The notes under the pieces: generated by a model
Seen by the model: the letters and a program-made list of their open reading frames with translations, nothing else
Databases searched by the model: none
What the model was told of the DNA's origin: nothing
Source: Eledone cirrhosa
Taxonomy: Eukaryota
Reading direction: 5' to 3'
DNA: 64,000 nt
Assembly: GCA_964016885.1 (NCBI GenBank)
Contig: OZ024745.1
Span: 26,722,001-26,786,000 of the forward strand
Part shown: positions 53,701 to 64,000 of the stretch, piece by piece
How the letters are laid out: each line of letters opens with the position of its first letter
Numbering within the stretch: the first letter of the stretch is position 1
Made by a program: the position numbers and the translations under genes

Positions 53701-56047
53701 TCAGTATCACCATCACCAGCAACAGCAGCAGTATCAACAGCAGCAGTATCAACTGAGCAGCAACAGCAGCAGTATCAACTGAGCAGCAACAGCAGCAGTA
53801 TCAACTGCAGCAGCAAAAGCAACAGCAGCAATATCAACTGCAGCAGCAGCAGAAGCAGTATCAACTGCAGCAGCAACAGCATCAGTATCAACTGCAGCAG
53901 CAGCAGCAGTATCAACTGCAGCAGCAACAGCAGCAGTATCAACTGCAGCAGCAACGGCAGCAGTATCAACTGCAGCAGCAACAGCAGCAATATCAGCTGC
54001 AGCAGCAACAGCAGCAGTATCAACTGCAGCAGCAGCATCAGTGTCAACTGCAGCCGCAACTGCAGCAGCAACAGCATCAGTATCAACTGCAGCAGCAGCA
54101 GCAGTATCAACTGCAGCAGCAACAGCAGCAGTATCAACTGCAGCATCAACAGCAACAGTATCAACTGCAACAGCAACAGCAGCAGTATCAACAGCAGCAG
54201 CAACAGCATCAGTATCAACTGCAGCAGCAACAGCAGCACTATCAACTGCAGCAGCAATATGAACTGCAGCAGCAACAGCATCAGTATCAACTGCAGCAGC
54301 AACAGCAGCAGTATCAACTGCAGCAGCAACAGCAGCAGTATCAACTGCAGCAGCAACAGCAGCAGTATCATCTGCAGCAGCAACAGCAGCAGTATCAACT
54401 GCAGCAGCAACAGCAGCAGTATCAACTGCAGCAGCAACAACAGCAGTACAAACTGCAGCAGCAACAGCAGCAGTATCAACTGCAGCAGCAACAGCATCAG
54501 TATCAACTGCAGCAGCAGTATCAACTGCAGCAGCAACAGCAGCAGTATCAACTGCAGCAGCAACAGCAGCAGTATCAACTGCAACAGCAACAGCAGCAGT
54601 ATCAACTGCAGCAGCAGCAGCAGTATCAACTGCAGCAGCAACAGCATCAGTATCAAATGCAGCAGCAACAGCAGCAGTATCAACTGCAGCAGCAATATCA
54701 ACTGCAGCAGCAACAGCAGCAGTACCAACTGCAGCAGCAACAGCAGCAGTATCAACTGCAACAGCAACAGCAGCAGTATCAACTGCAGCAGCAACAGCAG
54801 CAGTATCAAATGCAGCAGCAGCAGCAGTATCAACTGCAGCAGCAACAGCAGCAGTATCAACTGCAGCAGCAGCAGCAGCAGTATAAACCACAGCAGCAAC
54901 AGCATCAGTATCAACTGCAGCAGCAACAGCAGCAGTATCAACTGCAGCAGCAACAGCAGCAGTATCAACTGCAGCAGTATCAACTGCAGCAGCAGCAGCA
55001 GCAGTATCAACTGCAGCAGCAACAGCAGCAGTATCAACTGCAGCAGAAACACCAGCAGTATCAACTGTAGCAGCAACAGCAGCAGTATCAACTGTAGCAG
55101 CAGCAGCAGTATCAACTGCAGCAGCAGCAGCAGCAGTATAAACCACAGCAGCAACAGCAGCAGTATCAACTGCAGCAGCAACAGCAGCAGTACCAACTGC
55201 ATCAGCAGCAGTATAAACCACAGCAGAGCAACAGCAGCACTATTAACTGCAGCAGCAACAGCAGCAGTATCAACTGTAGCAGCAACAGCATCAGTATCAA
55301 CTGCAGCAGCAGCAACAGCAGCAGTATCAACTGGAGCAGCAACATCAGCAGTATCAACTGCAGCAGCAACAGCAGCAGTATCAACTGCAGCAGCAACAGC
55401 ATCAGTATCAACTACAGCAGCAACAGCAGCAGTACCAACTGCAGCAGCAGCAGCAGCAGCAGTATAAACCACAGCAGCAACAGCAGCACTATTAACTGCA
55501 GCAGCAACAGCAGCAGTATCAACTGTAGCAGCAACAGCATCAGTATCAACTGCAGCAGCAGCAACAGCAGCAGTATCAACTGCAGCAGCAACAACAGCAA
55601 CAGAAGCAGTATCAACTGCAGCAGCAACAGCAGCAACATCAGCAGTATCAACTGCAGCAGCAACAGCAGCAGTATCAACTGCAGCAGCAACAGCATCAGT
55701 ATCAACTGCAGCAGCAACAGCAGCAGTACCAACTGCAGCAGCAGCAGCAGCAGTATAAACCACAGCAGCAACAGCAGCACTATTAACTGCAGCAGCAACA
55801 GCAGCAGTATCAACTGTAGCAGCAACAGCATCAGTATCAACTGCAGCAGCAGCAACAGCAGCAGTATCAACTGCAGCAGCAACAACAGCAACAGCAGCAG
55901 TATCAACTGCAGCAGCAACAGCAGCAACAGCAGCAGTATCAACTGCAGCAGCAACAGCAGCAGCAGCAGCAGCAGTATCAACTGCAGCACAACAGCTGCA
56001 GTATATACCACAGCAGCAACAGCAGCAGTATCAACTGCAGCAGCAAC
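53502..56047. repeat. CAG-derived 27 bp minisatellite (agtatcaactgcagcagcaacagcagc)
   Basis: It grades from simple (AGC/AAC)n at 53502-53730 into punctuated units. Frame-shifting indels occur near 53753, 53781 and 55225. Confidence 0.95.
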
Positions 56048-56437
56048 TTTATCGTCGTCGTCTGTAAGCAAACAGGTCAGCTTAAATCAGTCGGCTTATA
56101 TTACGTTATTGTATAGTTGTCGGCCTGAAGCCTGACATTTTCCCAGCTGTTAGACACAACTAGGTGATAAGCGTTAGACACAACTAGGTGATAAGCGTTG
56201 ATAGTCAAACAGATATGTTGAATGAGATGGTGAAGATAACATAAATAAATAAATAATACTTAAAGGTAAACCAACAACAACAATAACAACAACAAGCAAG
56301 ATACATGTTTATAATATGTCTGCCTTCACGTCTGCTTTCTCCAATTTTACGTCCTTATCACTTCTCTCTTCTTTCATTTTCTTCTTGTTTTGTTTTTGTT
56401 GTGTGTGTGGTTGTAGTTTGTTTTGTTGATTTGTTTG

Positions 56438-58245
56438 CGGTTGTTGTTGTGGTGGTGGTGGTTGTGGTGGTGGTTGTTGTGGTGGTTGTGGTGGTGGTTG
56501 TTGAGGTGGTTGTGGTGGTGGTTGTGGTGGTAGTTGTGGTTGTTGTGGTGATTGTAGTGGTGGTTGTGGTGGTGGTTGTGGTGGTGGTGGTGGTTGTATT
56601 GGTGGTTGTATTGGTGGTTGTAGTGGTGGTTGTAGTGGTGGTTGTTGTGGTGGTGGTTGTGGTGGTGGTTGTGGTGGTTGTATTGGTGGTTGTGGTGGTG
56701 GTTGTTGTGGTGGTTGCGGTGATGGTTGTGGCTGTGGTTGTGGTAGTGGTTGTGGTGGTGGTTGTGGCTGTGGTTGTGGTGGTGGTTGCTGTGGTGGTTG
56801 TGGTGGTGGTTGGTGAGGTGGTTGTGGTGGTGGTTGTGGTGGTAGTTGTGGTTGTTGTGGTGATTGTAGTGGTGGTTGTGGTGGTGGTTGTGGTTGTATT
56901 GGTGATTGTATTGGTGGTTGTAGTGGTGGTTGTAGTGGTGGTTATTGTGGTGGTGGTTGTGGTGGTGGTTGTGGTGGTTGTATTGGTGGTTGTGGTGGTG
57001 GTTGTTGTGGTGGTTGCGGTGATGGTTCTGGCTGTGGTTGTGGTGGTGGTTGTTGTGGTGGTGGTTGTGGTGGTGGTGGTGGTGGTGGTGGTGATTGTAT
57101 CGGATTGGTGATTGTAGCGGTAGTTGTGGTGGTGGTTGTGGTAGTGGTTGTGGTGGTGGTTGTGGCTGTGGTTGTGGTGGTGGTTGCTGTGGTGTTGTGA
57201 TGGTGGTTGTGGTGTTAATTGTAGTGGTGATTGTAGTGATGATTGTAGTGGTGGTTGTGGTGGTGGTTTTGGTAGTGGTTGTGGTGGTGGTTGTGGCTGT
57301 GGTTGTGGTGGTGGTTGTTGTGGTGTTGTGATGGTGGTTGTGGTGTTGATTGTAGTGGTGATTGTAGTGGTGATTGTAGTGGTGGTTGTGGTGGTGGTTG
57401 TGTGGTTTTAGTTGTGGTGGTGGTTGTGGTTGTGGTTGTGGTGGTGGTTGTTGTGGTGTTGTGATGGTGGTTGTGTGCTTGTAGTTGTGGTGGTGGTTGT
57501 GGTAGTGGTTGTGGTGGTGGTTGTGGCTGTGGTTGTGGTGGTGGTTGCTGTGGTGGTTGTGGTGGTGGTTGTTGAGGTGGTGGTGGTTGTGGTTGTGGTT
57601 GTGGTTGTGGCTGTTGCGGTGTTGTGATGGTGGTTGTGTGCTTGTAGTTGTGGTGGTGGTTGTGGTTGTGGTTGTGGCTGTTGCGGTGGTTGTGGTGGTG
57701 GTTGTGGTTGTGGTGGTGGTTGTTGTGGTGTTGTGATGGTGGTTGTGGTGGTGATTGTAGTGGTGGTTGCGGTGGTTGTGTCGTTGTAGTTGTGGTGGTG
57801 GTTGTTGTGGTGTTGTGATGGTGGTTGTGGTGTTAATTGTAGTGGTGATTGTAGTGGTGATTGTAGTGGTGGTTGTGGTGGTGGTTGTGGTGGTGGTTGT
57901 GTGGTTGTAGTTGTGGTGGTGGTTGTGGTTGTGGTTGTGGCTGTTGCGGTGGTTTTGGTGGTGGTTGTGGCTGTGGTTGTGGTGGTGGTTGTTGTAGTGT
58001 TGCGATGGTGGTTGTGGTGGTGATTGTAGTGGTGATTGTAGTGGTGATTATGGTGGTGGTTGTGGTGGTTGTGGTGGTAGTTGTGTGGTTGTAGTTGTGG
58101 TGGTGGTTGTGGTTGTGGTTGTGGCTGTTGTGATGGTTGTGGTGGTGGTTGTGGCTGTGGTTGTGGTGGTGGTTGTTTTGGTGTTGTGGTGGTATTTGTG
58201 GTGGTGGTTGTGGTTGTGGCTGTTGTGGTGGTTGTGGTGGTGATT
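56438..58245. repeat. Cryptic (GTG/GTT)n compound repeat
   Basis: Directly visible, with multiple frame shifts. Confidence 0.93.
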
Positions 58246-59498
58246 GATCCTTCATCTTTATCTAACTTACTTATTTCTATTTAAATGTACGGAAACCGTA
58301 CATACAGACCCTTCTTTCTACTTGTTTAAGGAGATACAAACCAAACGCAAGAGATTTCTTGTCAAGGGGAAGTAATATCTGGTGCTCTGTATAATTCTCT
58401 CTTTTCCTTTCTCCCTCTAACTCACTCTCTATCTAGCTAGCTTTCTATCTATCCTTCTCGCTCTCTTTTTCTCTCTCACACACAGACACACACATGTACG
58501 GTGCACACACATGTACACACACTTGTACACACACATGTACACACACATACACACACACACACACTTACTCTCTATCTATCTATTTGTCTTACCTTCTTTC
58601 TTGAATAAATACGTTTTCAAATATATTTGACAGATTTCTTCCTTGCTGTCTGTTTGTGCGATGAAATTAATTGCTTAACAAATAAATGCCATCGTTATTT
58701 CGTTGAGGGAGGTGTTCGGTTATTTCAAAGTCATTATTTTCTCGTTAGAATTGAAAATATATACTATGTTGAACTTTGCCACTTCTTCATCCAAAGCTAT
58801 GAAATTAGAGAAGGATTAAATATTGGTCATAATCTCATTTTTCATCCATTATTCTCATTCATACTCACTCAGTTTTTTTTTAAAATAAATTCATTCATAT
58901 CCACCAAATTCTTCCCTGATAATCAAAAATATCTTCAATTATACTCTCATATATCTCTCTAATGTTTCCTATCAACCCCTACACAACAGCTAAGAAATTG
59001 CTGTCTATGCCTTTCTATATAGACGCTGTCTATATATTTCTACCTGTCACACCTTATATACATCTCATATGAAACCATACAAAATGTTTCCTCTTTACAG
59101 TCACTAATATATCTACATGTCTTTATGCTATCTAGAACACACACACGCGCGCGCGCGCTTGTATGTCTGTGTTTAAGCATATCTATGTGAGTACATTTGT
59201 GTATAATAGATGTCGTATACAAAACAGGAAACTCCCAACAAACTGATCTACAACCTAGTTTTATTTCTCAATTTTAGTAAATTCGAAAGAGAAATCCCAA
59301 CTTCTCACCTCAGGCCAGCGAGGGAGCCTCTATGTGGTTTGCCAGATTTGCTAGAAATAGCAGCAACATCTTCAAATTACAACTTCACGTTTGTGAAAAT
59401 GAGACACTGGATGATATGGTTTTTCGAAGCATAAGGCCTGACGAAATAATGTGAGGGTCACTGCTAGAATGCTTTTGATCATATTTGCTCGATCAGGA

Positions 59499-59845
59499 CT
59501 ATTCCTGAGAAGGTCGTGGGGGCAGATTCCTCAAACATACCCAGTGGGTCCTGTCTGAAGCAACCGTCTCCAACTGATCCGGCTGGATCAACCATCTTAC
59601 TCGGGATCTACCCCTGGGTCCCCTGCCAATTGGTTTTACCCGTAAAACCTGTCCAGCGTATCTTTCTTGAGACATTCTAACCACATGCCTGTAATATCGG
59701 AGCTGTGATCTCTCAATTCGGAGAAGTAGCGACTCACCTGGAGTGACTCTATCAAGTAACATTGCTCCAGCTATCCTTCGTATGAACCCCATTTTGGACG
59801 CTTGTATTCAGGATCGAATTCTTTCGGCCATTACCCAAAATTCAT
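59499..59845 (-). mobile_element. RTE-clade LINE 3' fragment
   Basis: MGFIRRIAG..LLDRV..LLLRIERSQLRYYRHVVRM..GRGPRGRSRVRW..ASDRTHW is a typical RTE C-terminus. Confidence 0.8.
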
Positions 59846-60422
59846 AAACATTACCCACAAGATTCACAACAACGACTTCCCACCTTAAAATTACCTTCTG
59901 TTGAAATCAGTAAATCATCACAGATAATCAGCAATTAGGAGTAGTTTGCGACTGACATGATTGCTAGCACGTTGGACATAATGTGCCTTGCGGTATTTGC
60001 TCTGGCTCTGTTACACTCACATTTCACCAGGGTCAACTTTACATTTGATCCGTTCAGGAGTTGATAAAATGAAACACCAGTCTTTGCTAGAGAACTGGAG
60101 GAGTATAGGATGAGAGGAATTTAGATATTTGTTCCAGTTCTTTGCCTTCTCTGTTCAGGTCCCTATGTATACTTAATTTGCGGCTCAGAGACCAGTTCAC
60201 GTTGTTCCAAACATTCGGGCTAGGAGATCCAGGTTTCAAGAAACCTTTCCCTCCCTTTTAAATCCCATCAGTCCAGGAAGCTTTGAAAAGGGTCATAGAC
60301 ACTGGCATTCTCTCATGACTAAATGATAAAAGTGGTTCGAAATGTGTCAAATAAAGAAGATTGAACATTCGAAGAGATTTGATATTTTCTTTTCCACTTA
60401 ATTTTAGATGTGGAATGAAGAC

Positions 60423-60788
60423 GGGACATGGTGGTGCGGCTAAGGAGTTCACTTCGTAACCACATGCTTTGGGGTTCAGTTCCAACGCAAAACACCCTGG
60501 ACAAGGATCTTCTGCCACAGTCTAGGGTTGACCTAAGGGTGGAATTTTGTAGAGGTTACCATGAAAAAGTCCGTCGTATATATATATATATGAGTTGAGG
60601 ATCCGCTAAGGTGAAACAATTGTTCTCGGTATGGTAAACTAACTGTTGTGTAACCACTTCTGCCTAATTCGTCCCATGGACTGAGTGCTCTACTGCTCTA
60701 CCACTACGGATATTACCTTCCAGTGTTCTAGCACTATACCTATATATAAATATATACATATATATATCTATATATATATATATATACA

Positions 60789-60858
<70 letters not shown>

Positions 60859-61010
60859 CATATACAAATATATATATGTGTGTACGTGTGTTTGTATGTG
60901 TGTCGTAATTAAGCACTTCAATATATAAAGTTCGATAAAATATGTACTGAGCTCAATATGCGCCCCAGCATGGCCGTAATCTAATGACTGAAACCAGTAA
61001 AATGCTAAAA
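60423..61010 (+). mobile_element. Third SINE family (resembling octopus OK-type SINEs), interrupted by (TA)n and an HHR-bearing repeat
   Basis: The head is catggtggtgcggctaag..aaccacatg..ggggttcagttcc..ccgtcgtata (60423-60580). The tail is gccccagcatggccg..atgactgaaaccagtaaaa (~60960-61002). A partial head is also at ~13141-13195. Confidence 0.6.
60592..60627 (+). ncRNA. Hammerhead motif with C3->U change (copy of the 34724 family)
   Basis: gag-TTGAGGA-tccgctaaggt-GAAA-caattg-TT-ctc. Confidence 0.6.
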
Positions 61011-61351
61011 GGATAACTTGTTGATAAATAACTTACATAAACTTGAGTGAGCAAAAAAATATGATGAGAAAGGAATCACTAAGAAACGTAGACGAATGGA
61101 AGGTTAAGTGGTTAAATTGACCAGTTAATATGTGTGTGTATGTGTGTCTGTCTGTCTGTGTGTGTGTGTGTGTCTCTGTGTATGTGTACATACCTATAGC
61201 TACTCCCCCTTATCACTCCCTTTTGCTCTCTCTCTATATCTTTAACTCTCTCCCTCTCTACATATCTCTCTTATTAACTATCACTGTTTCTTTCTCGATA
61301 TCATTCTGTGTCTGTTTCCCATTCTCTCTACCTATATTCATACATATTCAT

Positions 61352-62682
61352 ACCATAAAGGGCCACATATTTAAGTTCAACGAGAAAATCTACACCCAAA
61401 ATGAGGGAGCAGCCATCGGCGTCAGCATAGCTGGTGATGTTGCCAACCTTTTCATGGTATGGTGGGAAAGGAAACTTAAAGATCTCCTTAATGAAAGCTC
61501 CATAGACCTCATCATGTACTCTCGTTATGTAGACGATATCAATATAGTTATAAGAACACCCCAAATAGAGAGCACTAACAAGTTTGATTTAGAACGTAGC
61601 ACGATGGAAAGCATCCAGCAGATAGCTAATTCCATACACCAGAGTATAACTGTAACTATCGACTTCCCTTCCAAACACCCTAACAATAGACTACCTGTAT
61701 TAGACACAGAACTCTGGATTAACACTATTGAGGAGAGAGCCCAAATTCTCCACTCACACTATGCTAAACCCATGGCCTCCAAATACCTGATACTAAAAAA
61801 CTCAGCAATGTCCAGTAGTGCTAAGTTTAATATTCTGATCGCAGATTTGGTACGAGTGATGAAGAATGTGTCCAGCATGTGCGACCCAACAGAAATGGAA
61901 AGACACATCCAACATTTCATCAACCGCATGCAGTTCTCTGGCTACAACCAAAGAGACAGAGTCAGAGTATACGAAGGAGCCATGGAAAAGTATAAGACCC
62001 TCATAGAACTGGACATGAAAGGAATTTGCCCATTATACAGGAGCAAATCATGGAATAGCTTAGATAGGGCTAGACATAAGATAGGGAAAGCCACCTCATG
62101 GTACGACAACCAGAGATACCAGAGTGTCATGTTTGTGGACGCCACCCCTGGAGGGAAATTAGCTAACCAGTGTAGAAAGGCCCTGAGAAAGACCCACTTA
62201 AAAATAAAGGTGGTAGAAAAGCCAGGAACCACCATAAAATCCCTGATCAGCAAAACCTACCCTTTTAAGAAAACCCACTGTACCAATAGGAAATGTATCA
62301 TATGTAAGGTGAACCCCCGGATAAACTGTAAAACTAGAAATGTAGTCTATAGCATAATATGTACAGAGGGTACTTGCAGAAACATGACAACAACATATAT
62401 AAGTGAGACAGCTCGTAGCATAGGTGAAAGGATAGACCAACACTGGGGGAACTAAAAGGACGAAAAAACGGATCAGTACTATACGAACATGCTAGACAAC
62501 AACATGACGGTAACATAGACAACATAGAAATTAGAATAATATCTAAACATAGAAATGACCCAGCAGATAGGCAAATCAGAGAGGCCTGTGAAATAGAAAT
62601 TAGAAGACCAAGGCTAAACAGAAAGAATGAATGGAATAACAACAACACCCAAACAAACAACACTGACCTAAGAGAAGTATAA
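61352..62682 (+). pseudogene. Penelope-like element ORF (RT plus GIY-YIG endonuclease), 5'-truncated, one frameshift; possibly Naiad-like
   Basis: FKFNEKIYTQNEGAAIG..ANLFM, YSRYVDDI, LPVLD, HYAKPMAS, SGY, PLYR, MFVDATPGG, a Cys-rich linker, and NVVYSIIC..YISETARSIGER..QH. After a frameshift in the G run at 62445-62449 it continues SVLYEH..H..RQIREACEI..PRLNRKNEW to a stop at 62680-62682. Confidence 0.92.
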
Positions 62683-62918
62683 ATAAGTAAATAAAATAAG
62701 ATAAATAAGTAAATAAATACATACACAAGCACAATAACAACAAGCACATAAACACACACTAGTCACCCATCACACAGCAAACATAACACTATACACACAC
62801 GCAAACGCATGCGCAAAGAAGACAAAATAAAATAAACAAACAAGCAAATAAATAAATAAATATATAGACAGACTGAATAAAAATGGCGTAGACATACAAC
62901 ACAACAGGAGGAAAATAT

Positions 62919-62982
62919 AACACCACTGACGATGTTGCAGATGTGCAACGAAAGATTTATGATAAACTATATATATGTGTTT
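62919..62982 (+). ncRNA. Hammerhead-like core in the PLE 3' region; stems I and III uncertain
   Basis: aacacca-CTGACGA-t gttgca gatg tgcaac-GAAA lies ~240 bp after the PLE stop codon. Confidence 0.55.
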
Positions 62983-63226
62983 GTGTCTATATTGTATCTG
63001 TATTATTTTTGACCGTTGCTCAGTCAATGGCAACATTGAGGACCGAGTAAGTTAGATTACCGATATAAAAGACAGCGAGAAGCGAAAACCAACCAAACAG
63101 TGAGTGTGTTCTGTTATTAATTCTGGCAATATTACACAAATATGACCCTCCCCAAGTATAACAATATTTGTTTCGACACACGATTTCATATAAAAAACCT
63201 CGCAAAACTAATTCATCGCCGATTTG

Positions 63227-63313
<87 letters not shown>

Positions 63314-63319
63314 GTGTGT

Positions 63320-63354
<35 letters not shown>

Positions 63355-63480
63355 CGTGCGTGTGTGTGTATCTCGCTCTCTTTCTCTCTCTCTCTCTATC
63401 TATATATATACAAACATATATGTTTGTCAGAATATACATACACACATAATATTACTACACACAAATACATGCGTATTATA

Positions 63481-63570
<90 letters not shown>

Positions 63571-63791
63571 ATTGTAAAGGTACACTATATACACGCACTC
63601 CGTACAACACCGTTTATTAATAATACTGTCAATCAAACTGAAATGTGTTTATAAATGCATTCATTCAACAACAAGCACACGATATAAATAATTATATGTC
63701 TGTACGTTCATGTATATATAATAATATATTTTTCTAATATGGTATGTAAGGCATGTACAAGCTAATGTAGGTAGATACACACACACGTGCG

Positions 63792-63824
<33 letters not shown>

Positions 63825-63885
63825 GTTTATATATATATATATATACATGCATACACATACATACATATATACACACATGTGTGTA

Positions 63886-63935
<50 letters not shown>

Positions 63936-63936
63936 C

Positions 63937-63977
<41 letters not shown>

Positions 63978-64000
63978 TATTTACATATATATATGTATAT

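Noticed and set aside
40792-56047. CRISPR-like regular punctuation
   Set aside because: The intervening sequences are homologous triplet runs rather than unique spacers, there are no cas genes, and the context is eukaryotic.
53749-56071. Ala-rich (VDTAAVAAA)n antifreeze-like and poly-Q ORFs
   Set aside because: They come from the CAG minisatellite, are broken by frameshifts and have no unique domain.
57095-58284. Cys/Gly-rich keratin-associated or metallothionein-like ORFs
   Set aside because: They are products of the (GTG/GTT)n repeat, and the frame switches repeatedly.
61130-61351. N-terminal part of the 441 aa ORF
   Set aside because: It is low-complexity flanking DNA that happens to be in frame. 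PLE homology starts near 61352.

Overview
AT-rich, repeat-saturated eukaryotic DNA with no recognisable host protein-coding gene. The SINE families and the dense (TA)n/(CA)n tracts resemble an octopus/cephalopod genome (inference). The window holds about 18 copies of one tRNA-derived SINE; decayed LINE fragments (CR1, L1/Tx1, RTE, CRE-like); mariner/pogo MITEs; Helitron-like elements; and a 5'-truncated Penelope-like element (PLE; RT plus GIY-YIG, 61352-62682). A ~17.5 kb triplet-derived minisatellite block (40792-58245) produces the giant low-complexity ORFs. The main hidden signal is about 14 type-I hammerhead ribozyme (HHR) motifs (stem I-CUGANGA-stem II-GAAA-stem III-UH-stem I') from about 10 different short non-coding repeat families. 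I read these by eye. Many sit in (TA)n tracts, and several occur as inverted pairs inside long DNA palindromes. This is consistent with a PLE-mobilised, retrozyme-like system of self-cleaving RNA elements.
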